Positions 47,184 to 57,875 of a stretch of DNA of 64,000 nucleotides are shown piece after piece (the stretch's first letter is position 1; each line of letters starts with the position of its first letter). A program made the translations under genes and the position numbers. Under the pieces are notes generated by a model, which saw only the letters and a list, made by a program, of their open reading frames with translations, did not search any database and was not told the DNA's origin. This stretch comes from Flavobacteriales bacterium (GTDB lineage Bacteria > Bacteroidota > Bacteroidia > Flavobacteriales_D > Sanyastnellaceae), in contig CANHPZ010000001.1 of the NCBI GenBank assembly GCA_947462725.1, positions 3,969 through 67,968 on the forward strand, written 5' to 3'.

Positions 47184-49486
47184 TGAATCACAAACTCATC
47201 GCAAAACAACCAAGATGGTTCGCCGGGAGCGTCGTGCCAAGTGGGGCATACACCATGGTTTTTAGCTATCATGCGCACGAAGCGCGCTGAAACAGGCTTA
47301 GGCAATTTCAATTCAAAGGGAACTGGAAATTCGCCCGGTGTTTTCTCATTCACATCCGATGTTGCGATGCCCACACTTTGCCAATTCTCTCCATCATCGC
47401 TGATTGCATAATCCACCTGCAACGGCAGGAAAATCCACGCATTACCGTAATGAAACCAATTGGAAGAAAGTGACTCTACCCTTTGAGCATTTCCCAAATC
47501 AATCACTGCCGACATGTCAACACCTTGTGCAGCCTGCCAAATGCCATCGCGGAAATTCGGGGTACCTAAACGACCATCATTCATAGCATGCTCGCCACCT
47601 CCCGTGTAATATGGAGATGGGATATAGGCGAGTTTGATGTTTTTATTCCATCCCAAATGCGGATCGTATGACCACTTCAATACTTCCGGATACGATCTTC
47701 CATCCATTTCAACTTGCCACTCCAAAGTGGTTGGTTCTGTTATAGCGATTGGATCTACATAGGGTTCAAAATCGCCCTTGTCATTCTCTTTTACGCTAAC
47801 CACTGCATTGCTGATATTCTTGTTTATCTCGACCACCATGGCAGAGTATTCACCGGGCCTTACAGTTAAATCCATGGGCACCGTGGGAAATCCTGCTGTT
47901 ATGCCCATCGCCTTTAAGATTGGATAATGCTTTTCCACACGTAAGTAAAATGCGTCATAATTGCGCTGATCCGGATATGTCCAAAGCACTTCAGCTAGCG
48001 CCAGGAGTCGAGGAAATACTTTACCATCCACCAGCTCTTGAGGCGCGTGTTCGGTCCACATATTACACTCTCCACCCTTGATGAATTGCTTCTGCGACGG
48101 CGTGAGTGATTCGGGTATTGGATCGAACGAGTAAACTTCACGCAAATCGGTTGCTGCCAATCCATAATCAAAATAACAATGGCTCGTGGGCGACATCACC
48201 ACTGCATGAGATTCTTGGGCGGCGTGCTCACCACCTTCCATTCCGCGCCAGCTCTGCACCATGGCATCGGCGGGAATTCCACCCTCAAGAATTTCATCCC
48301 AACCGATGATGCGCTTTTGCTTGCTCTCCAAAAACTTAGCAATGCGCTCGATAAAGTAAGTCTGCAATTCTGCCTCATTCTTCAGTCCTTCATCTTTGAT
48401 GCGCTTTTGACAACGGTCGCAGTTCTCCCAACGATACTTCGGAACTTCGTCGCCTCCAATGTGGATAAAGGGAGAAGGAAAAAGTTCGCACACTTCAGCT
48501 AGCACATTTTCCAAAAAATCGAATGTCCCATCGTCGCCCGCACAATAGATATCCTTGAAAACACCCCACTCATTTTCTACCTCAATCTTGGCGTGAGTGC
48601 ATCCCAATTCAGGATACGCAGCAATGGCAGCGCTTGAATGGCCCGGTAACTCAATCTCAGGGATAATCACGACATGCCGCTTCTGTGCATAGGCGACAAT
48701 ATCACGAATCTCCTCCTTCGTGTAAAAACCACCATAGCGAGTCCCATCCTTTTCGATGCGCCACGCGCCAATCTCCGTTAGCAATGGGTAGCGGTCGATT
48801 TGTATGCGCCAACCCTGATCTTCGGTGAGGTGCCAATGCAGCACGTTCATCTTGTAATACGCCAACGCGTCGATATAATTCTTGATAAAATCAACACTCA
48901 TGAAATGCCTGCAGCAATCGAGCAGCAATCCTCGGTGTTCGAAACGAGCTTTATCACTAATCAATGCCCCTTTGATGCTTAGAGGCAATGTGAGTTTTTT
49001 CTCTTCAGCTTGTGCGGGGAGCAATTGTCGCAAGGTTTGCACGGCGTAAAAAACACCCTCGTCGTACTCGGCATTCACGAAGATTCCACGTGCACTCACA
49101 TTCATGCGGTACGCACTCTTATCGGCTTGGAGCACGCGTCTGGCCATCGAGTCAGGCATCACTTTGAGGCGTTCAGGAGTAAGGTCAATTTTTCTCTTGG
49201 TGCAACTCAACACGATGACATTGGATTGCGGCATACTATCCATATTCACAATAGAAAAGCTACGTCCGGTGGCCTGGCTCAGCCAATCGGCTAAGAATTT
49301 CGCCTCGGCCATAGCATATGGATTGGCAGCAACAATTGTCGCATCATTCAACTCGAATGCGGATGATCCCGGACTGTAATTTTCAGGCATGGGAATCACG
49401 TTGATCTGAGCCGGCAACTCCTGCCCTGCGAAGGCGAGTGCCACAGTAACTAGGAATACCCGAAATAGAAATTTCATGCGCATCAT
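47180..49486 (-). CDS. Beta-N-acetylhexosaminidase (GH20) with a C-terminal F5/8 type C (discoidin)-like domain
   Basis: LHWHLTEDQGWR, HIGGDEV. The ATG at 49486 overlaps the rsmE stop (ATGA) and gives the signal peptide MMRMKFLFRVFLVTVALAFA. The track's TTG start is at 49501. Confidence 0.9.
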   Translation of the reverse strand: MMRMKFLFRVFLVTVALAFAGQELPAQINVIPMPENYSPGSSAFELNDATIVAANPYAMAEAKFLADWLSQATGRSFSIVNMDSMPQSNVIVLSCTKRKIDLTPERLKVMPDSMARRVLQADKSAYRMNVSARGIFVNAEYDEGVFYAVQTLRQLLPAQAEEKKLTLPLSIKGALISDKARFEHRGLLLDCCRHFMSVDFIKNYIDALAYYKMNVLHWHLTEDQGWRIQIDRYPLLTEIGAWRIEKDGTRYGGFYTKEEIRDIVAYAQKRHVVIIPEIELPGHSSAAIAAYPELGCTHAKIEVENEWGVFKDIYCAGDDGTFDFLENVLAEVCELFPSPFIHIGGDEVPKYRWENCDRCQKRIKDEGLKNEAELQTYFIERIAKFLESKQKRIIGWDEILEGGIPADAMVQSWRGMEGGEHAAQESHAVVMSPTSHCYFDYGLAATDLREVYSFDPIPESLTPSQKQFIKGGECNMWTEHAPQELVDGKVFPRLLALAEVLWTYPDQRNYDAFYLRVEKHYPILKAMGITAGFPTVPMDLTVRPGEYSAMVVEINKNISNAVVSVKENDKGDFEPYVDPIAITEPTTLEWQVEMDGRSYPEVLKWSYDPHLGWNKNIKLAYIPSPYYTGGGEHAMNDGRLGTPNFRDGIWQAAQGVDMSAVIDLGNAQRVESLSSNWFHYGNAWIFLPLQVDYAISDDGENWQSVGIATSDVNEKTPGEFPVPFELKLPKPVSARFVRMIAKNHGVCPTWHDAPGEPSWLFCDEFVIH

Positions 49487-50190
49487 TGATTGATAAGACA
49501 AAACGTATGAATGCCTGCGAGAGCGGCAGTTTCAGTGCGAAGTCGTGCATCGCCCAGACTCACCGACTTGAATTGCGCCGTTTGTGCAAAAGCCACTTCT
49601 GCCTGTGAAAAATCGCCTTCGGGACCAATGGCTAGAGCCGTGCTCAATCCGGCGTTCAATGCATCACGAAGCAGCATGCGCTCTTCGCCCGAATGGCAAT
49701 GGGCAATGAATCGCTGATCTGCATTACACTCCTCCACCCATTGCCGAAAATTACGAACGTCATGGATTGCAGGTAAAACGGTCCGTTGCGATTGCTTCAA
49801 TGCGGCGATGGCCACTCGCCTCAACCGATCAACGCTCATCTTGGAACGTTCCGAATGTTCGCAGGCGAGCAATGTGATTGATCCAATTCCAATCTCCACA
49901 GCCTTCTCCACCAGCCATTCTATGCGGTCGGCATTCTTGGTGGGCGCTATTCCCAAATGCACAGCCACTGCCGAATCTTGTATAAGCAAGACCTCGACGA
50001 CTTGAGCTTTCACATGGTGTTTATCAATTGTCAATTCGGCCTTGAACAATTCACCGCAACCATTGGTGAGTAGAATGGCATCACCGCTTCGCATGCGCAA
50101 GGCTTTCGTGATGTGCGTGGCTTCTGTAGAATCAAGTTCCAGCAAAGCATTTAGAGCTGTACGCTCATCGAAGAAGAATGGTGCACTCAT
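49483..50190 (-). CDS. rsmE: 16S rRNA (uracil1498-N3)-methyltransferase
   Basis: The ATG at 50190 gives MSAPFFFDE... (235 aa). HITKALRMRSGD, IGPEGDFSQAEV. Has an ATGA overlap with the upstream gene's stop. Confidence 0.8.
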   Translation of the reverse strand: MSAPFFFDERTALNALLELDSTEATHITKALRMRSGDAILLTNGCGELFKAELTIDKHHVKAQVVEVLLIQDSAVAVHLGIAPTKNADRIEWLVEKAVEIGIGSITLLACEHSERSKMSVDRLRRVAIAALKQSQRTVLPAIHDVRNFRQWVEECNADQRFIAHCHSGEERMLLRDALNAGLSTALAIGPEGDFSQAEVAFAQTAQFKSVSLGDARLRTETAALAGIHTFCLINQ

Positions 50191-50765
50191 TGGGTAAGCA
50201 TGCGATAAAAGGCCAGTTGTGCGCCCAGATAAGGCTCGCGGAAATTCCAATTGCCCACACCAATAAGGCTTAAGCCGCTCTTCTTTCCGAGCAATACACC
50301 GGCTTCTATCTGGATGGGCACTCCAAGGGTTAACCCCGTGATGTATTCGTAATCATAATCAGCGGGACGACAGTACATGCGCACATTAAAACCAAAACCA
50401 ACGCTACCTGTGGCGTACCAATGCTTACCGCCCCAGCCATCACCCCAGAGGACGCCAATTTCAGCCAGTTTATTATGCTTCTCAGTGCACGAGTCATTTG
50501 AAGCTATCCATAATTCTTGGGTGAAGGCAACTCTCGCCTGAACCAATGAAGTTTCGCCGCGTTTAGAATAGGACAACATAGCCTGCCACGACCAGTAGTC
50601 GGATGAATTCATGCCGGCACCCACGCTATACCAACGCTTGCCCCTCAAGGGATTATCGCTATATTGAGCTTTGAAGACTGCACACCACATCAAACCAACA
50701 CACAAGAGTGAAGCATGAATGGACAGTCGGATTGTGGTCGAACCTATATTTCGCAAAAAATTCAT
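50187..50765 (-). CDS. Hypothetical small outer-membrane beta-barrel-like protein
   Basis: The ATG at 50765 gives MNFLRNIG... with a signal peptide. The pattern alternates aromatic and glycine residues. No motif recognised. Confidence 0.5.
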   Translation of the reverse strand: MNFLRNIGSTTIRLSIHASLLCVGLMWCAVFKAQYSDNPLRGKRWYSVGAGMNSSDYWSWQAMLSYSKRGETSLVQARVAFTQELWIASNDSCTEKHNKLAEIGVLWGDGWGGKHWYATGSVGFGFNVRMYCRPADYDYEYITGLTLGVPIQIEAGVLLGKKSGLSLIGVGNWNFREPYLGAQLAFYRMLTQ

Positions 50766-50871
50766 GGTTTGAATGCCTAAGCCAAGCAGCAATAAAGGGC
50801 GAATTTGGGCAAAATTGCCGAGGCCTTTGATTTTTTTTCCAAAGCCTGCTGTTTTCTTGTTGATTGCGACC

Positions 50872-50879
50872 TACATTTG
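50872..50879 (+). promoter_or_regulatory. -7 promoter box TACATTTG upstream of rpsP
   Basis: Exact TAnnTTTG match, 56 nt upstream of the ATG at 50936. Confidence 0.45.
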
Positions 50880-50935
50880 CCCCCCTAAAATTCAATCATT
50901 GTTAACTGGGTTTCGTACCCTACAAACAAAACAAC

Positions 50936-51505
50936 ATGGCAGTAAAACTCCGACTTCAACGTCACGGTAAGAAAGGAAGCCCTTTCTACCACATTGTAGC
51001 AGCTGACTCACGTTCACCACGTGATGGTAAGTTTATCGAGCGCATCGGTAGCTACAACCCAAACACCAACCCAGCCACCATTCAATTGGATAACACCAAG
51101 GCAATCCAGTGGCTCAACAATGGTGCTCAACCAACCGATACAGTTCGCGCTATGCTGAGCTATAACGGCGTTATGTTCCGTCAACACCTTCAAAAAGGTG
51201 TTACCAAAGGTGCCCTCACTCAGGATGAAGCAGACAAGCGCTTCGAGGCCTGGATGAATGAGAAAGGCAACAAAATTCAAGCGAAAAAAGACCGTTTGGC
51301 CAAAGACAAGAGTGACTCAGCCACCAAAGCTCTCAAGCATGAGCGCGAAGTGAACGAGGCTCGTCTGAAAGCCATGACTGCCGCTGCTGAAGCTGCAAGC
51401 GCTGCGGCTGCTGAAGTTCACGCTGAGGCTCCGGCCGCAGAAGAAGCTCCGGCTGCTGAAGAAGCTCCGGCCACTGAAGAGTCTACCGACACTGCAGAAG
51501 CATAA
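50936..51505 (+). CDS. rpsP: 30S ribosomal protein S16 with a long Ala/Glu/Lys-rich C-terminal extension
   Basis: MAVKLRLQRHGKKGSPFYHIVAADSRSPRDGKFIERIGSYNP. 189 aa. Confidence 0.95.
   Translation: MAVKLRLQRHGKKGSPFYHIVAADSRSPRDGKFIERIGSYNPNTNPATIQLDNTKAIQWLNNGAQPTDTVRAMLSYNGVMFRQHLQKGVTKGALTQDEADKRFEAWMNEKGNKIQAKKDRLAKDKSDSATKALKHEREVNEARLKAMTAAAEAASAAAAEVHAEAPAAEEAPAAEEAPATEESTDTAEA
51428..51481 (+). repeat. In-frame 3 x 18-nt tandem repeat (APAAEE/APAAEE/APATEE) in the S16 tail
   Basis: GCTCCGGCCGCAGAAGAA / GCTCCGGCTGCTGAAGAA / GCTCCGGCCACTGAAGAG, read directly from the sequence. Confidence 0.9.
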
Positions 51506-51522
51506 GGCAACCGCATAATCAT

Positions 51523-51552
51523 AAAGCCACTCCCCGGAGTGGCTTTTTTTTT
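51523..51552 (+). terminator. Rho-independent terminator/attenuator between rpsP and rimM
   Basis: AAAGCCACTC-CCCG-GAGTGGCTTT followed by a T-run (T9). Confidence 0.75.
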
Positions 51553-51561
51553 CCTTACTCG

Positions 51562-52104
51562 ATGAATCTAATTCCAGATAAAAAAGACCTGCACAAAATC
51601 GGTTATTTCTCAAAACTGCATGGCTTCAAGGGCGAGCTAACAGCCGCTCTCGACACGGATGATATCCACGACTATGAAAGCTTGGAAGCCATTTACCTGG
51701 AGGTAAATGGTCAGATCATTCCTTATTTCATCTCATTAATTGAATACAAAACGAACACATCAGCCAAGGTAAAACTGGAGGGAATCGACGACGAAGCACA
51801 GGCCAAAGCGCTTGTAAAAAGCTCGATTTACATCAACAAAAGCGACATGAGCTCAAGCGATAGTGAGAAAGCTTCTCTGCGTGTCATTGAAGGATTTACT
51901 GTTATCGACAGCGAACATGGCAACATTGGTATAGTTGACCGCATCGAGGAACTCAGCAACAATCCGCTATTGGTTGTTATGTATGGCAAGATAGAAATTC
52001 TGCTGCCCCTCAACAGCAACTTCATCGACTCCACGGATGAGGAGCTTAAGGTGGTTCATATCACCGCACCCGGAGGACTGATTGATTTCTACTTAAACAG
52101 TTAG
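51562..52104 (+). CDS. rimM: 16S rRNA processing protein RimM
   Basis: 180 aa. [17 protein letters not shown]-barrel-like C-terminus. Confidence 0.85.
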   Translation: MNLIPDKKDLHKIGYFSKLHGFKGELTAALDTDDIHDYESLEAIYLEVNGQIIPYFISLIEYKTNTSAKVKLEGIDDEAQAKALVKSSIYINKSDMSSSDSEKASLRVIEGFTVIDSEHGNIGIVDRIEELSNNPLLVVMYGKIEILLPLNSNFIDSTDEELKVVHITAPGGLIDFYLNS

Positions 52105-52261
52105 ATTTTTTTGGCATAGAAAATTGGAACTGCAGGGCAGGTATTGGATACAAGCCCAGCCTTGTTCTGCTATTTCTCAGCATAAAGAATATGCCATTGG
52201 GGTATTTTCAATCGCATGTAAAATCACTAATTTCGCGCACGCACAAAAACACAAGAATAAG

Positions 52262-54535
52262 ATGAGCAAAGTATTCGATTTGGATATGATCAAGGCCGTT
52301 TACAGCCGCTTCCCACAACGCATTGAAGCTGCACGCAACGTAACTGGCAAACCCCTCACCCTCACCGAAAAAATACTTTATGCCCACCTGTGGGATGGCA
52401 ATGCAACTGAGGCATACGGCCGTGGTGGAAGCTATGTAGACTTTGCTCCCGATCGTGTGGCTATGCAAGATGCTACAGCACAAATGGCTCTGCTGCAATT
52501 CATGCAGGCAGGTCGTAAAAAAGTTGCAGTTCCAAGCACTGTGCATTGCGACCACCTCATTCAAGCGCGCGTCGGTTCAACACAAGACTTGACTGATGCT
52601 CTATCGAAAAACAACGAAGTCTTCAACTTCCTTTCTTCTATATCGAATAAATATGGCATTGGCTTTTGGAAGCCGGGCGCGGGTATCATTCACCAAGTGG
52701 TACTTGAAAATTATGCATTTCCCGGTGGTATGATGATCGGTACTGATTCGCATACCGTTAACGCCGGTGGTTTGGGTATGGTAGCTATTGGAGTTGGTGG
52801 TGCCGATGCCATGGACGTGATGGCCGGTATGGCTTGGGAGCTCAAGTTCCCGAAGCTAATCGGTATTAAGCTCACCGGCAAGCTCAATGGCTGGTGCAGC
52901 GCAAAAGATGTGATTTTGAAAGTGGCCGGTATTCTCACTGTAAAAGGTGGTACAGGCTGCATCGTAGAATATTTTGGTGAAGGCGCTAAGTCGCTTTCAT
53001 GCACAGGTAAAGGCACTATCTGCAACATGGGCGCTGAAATCGGCGCAACAACCTCCACGTTTGGATACGACGAAAGCATGGAGCGCTACTTGCGCTCTAC
53101 CGGTCGCAGTGAAGTTGCTGATTTGGCCAACACTATCAAAGCTCACCTCACAGGCGATGATGAAGTATATGCCAACCCAGAGCACTATTTCGACCAAGTC
53201 ATTGAAATCAATTTGAGTGAGCTAGAGCCGCATTTGAACGGCCCATTCACTCCGGATTTGGCTACTCCTATTTCGAAAATGAAAGAAGAGGCAGCGAAAA
53301 ATAACTGGCCAACGAAAGTTGAAGTGGGCTTGATTGGATCATGCACCAACTCTTCTTACGAAGACATCGCTCGCTCGGCTTCTCTTGCTAAGCAAGTGAT
53401 TGCGAAAAATCTGAAGCCTAAAGCCGAATTCAGCATTACCCCAGGCAGCGAGGTTGTTCGCTACACCATCGAACGCGACGGTTTCATTGACACCTTCAAT
53501 CAGATGGGAGCTACCGTGTATGCCAACGCTTGCGGACCATGCATCGGTATGTGGGCACGCGTGGGTGCTGAGAAAAAAGAGAAGAACACCATCGTTCACT
53601 CCTTCAACCGTAACTTCCAGAGCCGCAACGACGGTAACCCGAATACCTTGGCTTTCGTGGCTTCACCTGAACTGACAACAGCATTGGCCATTGCCGGCGA
53701 CCTCACCTTCAACCCGATCACCGATACACTGGTGAACGAAAAAGGCGAGCAGGTGAAACTCGACCCTCCAACAGGTGATGAATTGCCTACCCGAGGATTT
53801 GACGCCAAGGACCCCGGATACCAAGCTCCGGCAGAAGATGGCAGCGGCGTTGAAATTAGCGTTGCTCTAGATAGCGAGCGTCTGCAATTACTTGCTCCTT
53901 TCAGCGATTGGGATGGACAGAACATCACTGGCGCGCGTGTTCTTATCAAAGCCAAAGGCAAGTGCACCACCGACCACATTTCGATGGCAGGTCAATGGTT
54001 GCGTTTCCGTGGTCACCTCGACAACATTGCGAACAATACACTTATCGGTGCAACTAACTTCTTCAACGGCGCTCAAAACAACGTGAAGAATCAACTCACC
54101 GGAGAATATGATGAAGTTCCTAAAGTGCAGCGCGCATACAAAGCTGCCGGTGTTCCAACTATTGTTGTAGGAGACCAGAACTATGGTGAAGGTTCATCAC
54201 GCGAACATGCCGCTATGCAGCCACGCCACCTCGGTGTGCGCGCTATTTTGGTAAAATCTTTTGCGCGTATTCACGAAACCAACTTGAAGAAGCAAGGCAT
54301 GCTGGCACTCACATTTGCCAACGACGCCGACTACGACAAGATTCAAGAAAACGACATCATCAATTTCTCTGATCTCACTTCTTTTGCTCCTGAGAAGCCA
54401 TTGCATTTGGAATTGGTGCATGAAGATGGCAGCAAAGAAACCATCGCTGTGAACCATACATACAATGCACAGCAAATTGAATGGTTCAAAGCCGGAGGCG
54501 CATTGAACTTGATTCGTAAGGGATTGTCGAATTAA
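52262..54535 (+). CDS. acnA: Aconitate hydratase (mitochondrial-type aconitase A)
   Basis: The ATG at 52262 gives [14 protein letters not shown]... (757 aa). [46 protein letters not shown]. The track start at 52124 adds 46 unlikely aa. Confidence 0.95.
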   Translation: MSKVFDLDMIKAVYSRFPQRIEAARNVTGKPLTLTEKILYAHLWDGNATEAYGRGGSYVDFAPDRVAMQDATAQMALLQFMQAGRKKVAVPSTVHCDHLIQARVGSTQDLTDALSKNNEVFNFLSSISNKYGIGFWKPGAGIIHQVVLENYAFPGGMMIGTDSHTVNAGGLGMVAIGVGGADAMDVMAGMAWELKFPKLIGIKLTGKLNGWCSAKDVILKVAGILTVKGGTGCIVEYFGEGAKSLSCTGKGTICNMGAEIGATTSTFGYDESMERYLRSTGRSEVADLANTIKAHLTGDDEVYANPEHYFDQVIEINLSELEPHLNGPFTPDLATPISKMKEEAAKNNWPTKVEVGLIGSCTNSSYEDIARSASLAKQVIAKNLKPKAEFSITPGSEVVRYTIERDGFIDTFNQMGATVYANACGPCIGMWARVGAEKKEKNTIVHSFNRNFQSRNDGNPNTLAFVASPELTTALAIAGDLTFNPITDTLVNEKGEQVKLDPPTGDELPTRGFDAKDPGYQAPAEDGSGVEISVALDSERLQLLAPFSDWDGQNITGARVLIKAKGKCTTDHISMAGQWLRFRGHLDNIANNTLIGATNFFNGAQNNVKNQLTGEYDEVPKVQRAYKAAGVPTIVVGDQNYGEGSSREHAAMQPRHLGVRAILVKSFARIHETNLKKQGMLALTFANDADYDKIQENDIINFSDLTSFAPEKPLHLELVHEDGSKETIAVNHTYNAQQIEWFKAGGALNLIRKGLSN

Positions 54536-54546
54536 AGAAAAGAACT

Positions 54547-54960
54547 ATGAAAAGCATTGCAATTGCAGCTTTGCTCGCATGCATCGCACATGCATCATTC
54601 GCGACTGATTCAACTCGTTACGCATTTCCATGCACAAAAGCTGTGTACCAATCGGACAGCGATAGCGTGTATGTAAACCGCGCAGCGGAAGTCATTCGAT
54701 TCGATAATCGATTGTATCAGATGGGCATTCAGGTTGGTACTTTCGACAAGAAAACCTCCATCATTAAAGGAAAAGTCACTACCCGCATACAGATTTATGA
54801 CATGAAGGGCAAGACGGTTGCTGATTGCGTTACTCAAGGCATCAATGCATCGTATGCAGTAACACTTTATCCTTCACAAGAAAAGTTCTCTGTAAGCCCG
54901 GCATTCGATCATGAGGTCGAAGAGATTGCAGGGAAACTGCGCGTAATGGAAAAACTATAG
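54547..54960 (+). CDS. Hypothetical secreted protein
   Basis: 137 aa. Signal peptide MKSIAIAALLACIAHASFA. Confidence 0.5.
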   Translation: MKSIAIAALLACIAHASFATDSTRYAFPCTKAVYQSDSDSVYVNRAAEVIRFDNRLYQMGIQVGTFDKKTSIIKGKVTTRIQIYDMKGKTVADCVTQGINASYAVTLYPSQEKFSVSPAFDHEVEEIAGKLRVMEKL

Positions 54961-54964
54961 GAAT

Positions 54965-55498
54965 TTAGAACGCATCGAATAGGATCATTCGATATACCTG
55001 ATGGGCGTCTTTCCTGAAGGGCCTTTTACCTTCAAACCTCTTCCCGCCCACTTCTATGATGGGTGATTCGTCGAGCATCCAAAGTTTAAAATCAATATCA
55101 GAAACTGTAAACGAGTATCTGTGGTGATATTTCTTCTTACCAAATCCCTCTGCGTAAAACTTGGTAATGGAGGATACTTCAATTCTTTTTTCTTTCAATA
55201 GAATACTCAGTTGCTCAGGCCTGAATGAAGGATCGGGAGTGTAGACCGAAAAATTGCAGACCACATTGTTGCGCTGATTTTTCACTTTCAAATACGTGTG
55301 ATCGATTTCGAAACGCTCACCCCTTTGAAGACTGTGGTAGCGTATGGGTCCTGCATGACAAAGCAACGAGTCTTTGCCCTTAACAAACACCTGAACCAAA
55401 CCGCCGCCGCCGCCGGATGCTGGTCTCACCCCTTTGCACCCAACAATCAACGCGACGACCAGGAGCCCGACAACATATTTACAGACGAATTTTTTCAT
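54965..55498 (-). CDS. Hypothetical lipoprotein
   Basis: The ATG at 55498 gives MKKFVCKYVVGLLVVALIVGC followed by a Gly5 linker. It overlaps the upstream lipoprotein gene by 20 nt. Confidence 0.55.
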   Translation of the reverse strand: MKKFVCKYVVGLLVVALIVGCKGVRPASGGGGGLVQVFVKGKDSLLCHAGPIRYHSLQRGERFEIDHTYLKVKNQRNNVVCNFSVYTPDPSFRPEQLSILLKEKRIEVSSITKFYAEGFGKKKYHHRYSFTVSDIDFKLWMLDESPIIEVGGKRFEGKRPFRKDAHQVYRMILFDAF

Positions 55499-55988
55499 CG
55501 ATATATGATTGTTTGCGGTTGAGAATATCTTCCAAAAACGCCCGGTCCTTGCTCGCCACATCATAGATCACCAGCAAGCCGCTGCGTGTTTCCATGTAAG
55601 TAAAGCGTGCGATATAAAAATCCGCCTTCTTCAGCAAATAAGCATTCACCTTAACGTCATGTATGATTGCACTCGCCACCGACTTCACATCGATGCGCCG
55701 GTCTGCTGCTTGCGCAACACCGAAATCACTCTGAAGTAAACTCTCGCTTACGGAGATGAATACTTGGTACTGTTGCTCAGTATTGCTGATAACCCGATTT
55801 AAAAACACAGCATCAGATTCTATCGCGCAACAGTTTTCAAATTTCAGTACTTCGTTGCCACCCACCGGATAATGATTCGTTTCACCGGGCGCCAATTTCA
55901 TTCGACCGTATTTAGCATACACCACCTTCGATGTTTTGCAACCAAGCAACAGCGCCGAGGCCATAAATAAGAAAATCAGATTACGCAT
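55479..55988 (-). CDS. Hypothetical lipoprotein
   Basis: 169 aa. MRNLIFLFMASALLLGC. Confidence 0.55.
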   Translation of the reverse strand: MRNLIFLFMASALLLGCKTSKVVYAKYGRMKLAPGETNHYPVGGNEVLKFENCCAIESDAVFLNRVISNTEQQYQVFISVSESLLQSDFGVAQAADRRIDVKSVASAIIHDVKVNAYLLKKADFYIARFTYMETRSGLLVIYDVASKDRAFLEDILNRKQSYIDEKIRL

Positions 55989-56000
55989 AAGTGGCAGGTA

Positions 56001-56032
56001 AAAAGAAAAGGAGCAGCGAACTGCTCCTTTTC
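56001..56032 (-). terminator. Rho-independent terminator after the TRL-like lipoprotein gene
   Basis: AAAGGAGCAG-CGAA-CTGCTCCTTT. TTCTTTTT follows on the minus strand. Confidence 0.8.
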
Positions 56033-56049
56033 CAATGAATTCAATTCAA

Positions 56050-56331
56050 TTATTCACCAGTAACAGTAGTCTCGTGAGTGATGATCAAACCGAGTACATT
56101 TTTGTTGGTGTAATCTACTGTAGAGATTTTGCTGATACCACCATTTTTAGCAGCAGTTTGGATTGAAGCATCAACGCCGAAGCAAAGAACACCCAAGAAA
56201 CAGTTACCGCTAGATTTACCCACTTTAGAACCTACCGGGTTAGAAGTAGCGTTAACAGGAAGTGTAATAGAACATGAAGCCAACATAGCAGCAGCGCAGC
56301 CGGCAGCAAAGATTTTTGTAATAGTTGTCAT
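56050..56331 (-). CDS. Small TRL-like family lipoprotein
   Basis: 93 aa. Lipobox MLASC. GVDASIQTAAKNGGISKISTVDY...TTVTGE matches my recollection of the TRL-like family. Confidence 0.5.
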   Translation of the reverse strand: MTTITKIFAAGCAAAMLASCSITLPVNATSNPVGSKVGKSSGNCFLGVLCFGVDASIQTAAKNGGISKISTVDYTNKNVLGLIITHETTVTGE

Positions 56332-56438
56332 TGTGATTTGATTTTAATTGCGAGCCAAAAGTAGCCGTATTTCTTAAAGTACAGCACAAGAGCCAAAATT
56401 CGTTTCAGAAGGGCTCATTTGGTGGTTATTTTCGCAGC

Positions 56439-57875
56439 ATGACAGCATCTAAACAACGTACGTTAAAAGCGCCTGTTACCCTCAGTGGGGTTGGCTTACA
56501 TACCGGCGCTGTGGTCAATGTTCACATTCTGCCCGCACCCGAAAATCACGGTTATGTTTTTCAGCGCATCGATCTGGATGGACAACCGACCATTCCCGCT
56601 GATTGCGACTTGGTCGTTAGCACCCAGCGAGGCACTACACTCGAGTTCAAAGGCGCCCGCGTTTATACCACGGAGCACATCCTAGCCGCGATTTATGGCT
56701 GTATGATAGACAACGCGCTCATTCAAATCGACGGCCCAGAAGTACCTATTATGGATGGAAGTGCCAAGCTGTTTGTTGATGCCATCGAAAGCGTTGGATA
56801 CCAAGAACAGCAAGCAGAACGAAAATATCTCGTGCTTACCGAAAACCTCACCTATGAGGATAAAGACAAGAAAGTGGAAATGCTTGCCGTGCCCACCGAT
56901 GGCGGAGAATTTCGTTTGACGGTAATGGTCGACTACAATTCGCCTGTATTGGGAACGCAGCATGCACACATGTACGAGCTTAGTCACTTCACATCGCAAA
57001 TCGCTCCGTGCCGCACGTTTGTGTTTTTGAATGAACTTGCGTTGCTCGCCAAAAATGGGCTCATAAAAGGCGGTAGCTTGGACAATGCGATTGTTATGGT
57101 TGAACGCGCATATGCCGATAGCGAAATCAAAGACATTCTCACGCAACTCGGCCGCGAAGACATTGATGTAAAAGTCGAAAGCATTGGAGTGTTGAACACC
57201 ATCAAACTCCAATTCGAAAACGAACCTGCCCGTCACAAGTTGCTCGATATAATTGGTGACTTGGCCCTCGTCGGACGATTCATCCGAGGACATATTCTCG
57301 CAGCGCGCCCCGGACACTTTGGCAATGTTGAATTTGCAAAAATCCTGAAGGGCATTGCTAAAAAACAAAAGGATGCTGCACCACAATTCGACATCTTCAA
57401 GAAACCTCTTTACGATATCAACGACATCACCAAGATGTTGCCGCATCGCTATCCTTTCCTACTCATCGATAAGATTTTGGAAATGGATAGCACCAGTATT
57501 GTCGGCATTAAGAATGTCACGATGAATGAGCCTTTCTTCCAAGGCCACTTTCCAAATAACCCGGTAATGCCAGGAGTTTTACAGGTGGAAGCTATGGCGC
57601 AGGTAGGTGGGATTTTCGCACTATCACAAGTCACTGACCCGGAAAACTACAGCACCTACTTCATGAAAATAGATGGTGTAAAATTCAAACTCAAAGTTCT
57701 TCCCGGCGATACCATCATTTTCAAGCTGACATTAGAAAGCCCTATTCGCCGTGGCCTGGTGAATATGCGCGGTGTCGCTTATGTAAATGGAAAAGAAGCT
57801 TGTGAAGCAACTATGCTCGCGCAAGTTATTCGTGATCGCGTGCCCAAAGAAGTTACCCAAGAAACAATCGCATGA
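56439..57875 (+). CDS. lpxC/fabZ: Bifunctional UDP-3-O-acyl-GlcNAc deacetylase / 3-hydroxyacyl-ACP dehydratase (LpxC-FabZ fusion)
   Basis: 478 aa. LpxC N-terminus ([24 protein letters not shown]). FabZ C-terminus ([24 protein letters not shown]). Confidence 0.95.
   Translation: MTASKQRTLKAPVTLSGVGLHTGAVVNVHILPAPENHGYVFQRIDLDGQPTIPADCDLVVSTQRGTTLEFKGARVYTTEHILAAIYGCMIDNALIQIDGPEVPIMDGSAKLFVDAIESVGYQEQQAERKYLVLTENLTYEDKDKKVEMLAVPTDGGEFRLTVMVDYNSPVLGTQHAHMYELSHFTSQIAPCRTFVFLNELALLAKNGLIKGGSLDNAIVMVERAYADSEIKDILTQLGREDIDVKVESIGVLNTIKLQFENEPARHKLLDIIGDLALVGRFIRGHILAARPGHFGNVEFAKILKGIAKKQKDAAPQFDIFKKPLYDINDITKMLPHRYPFLLIDKILEMDSTSIVGIKNVTMNEPFFQGHFPNNPVMPGVLQVEAMAQVGGIFALSQVTDPENYSTYFMKIDGVKFKLKVLPGDTIIFKLTLESPIRRGLVNMRGVAYVNGKEACEATMLAQVIRDRVPKEVTQETIA

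Noticed and set aside
52124-52261. Long N-terminal extensions offered by the ORF track (also at 10325, 25478, 36483, 43224, 33342, 3908, 50250, 60851)
   Set aside because: The extensions use TTG/GTG or upstream ATG codons. They precede obvious signal peptides or conserved N-termini, and in some cases they cross terminators or neighbouring genes. I preferred the internal ATG starts.
56682-57446. 254-aa ORF antisense to lpxC/fabZ
   Set aside because: It lies entirely within a confidently identified gene. Its composition is low-complexity and Phe/Val-rich, typical of antisense read-through.
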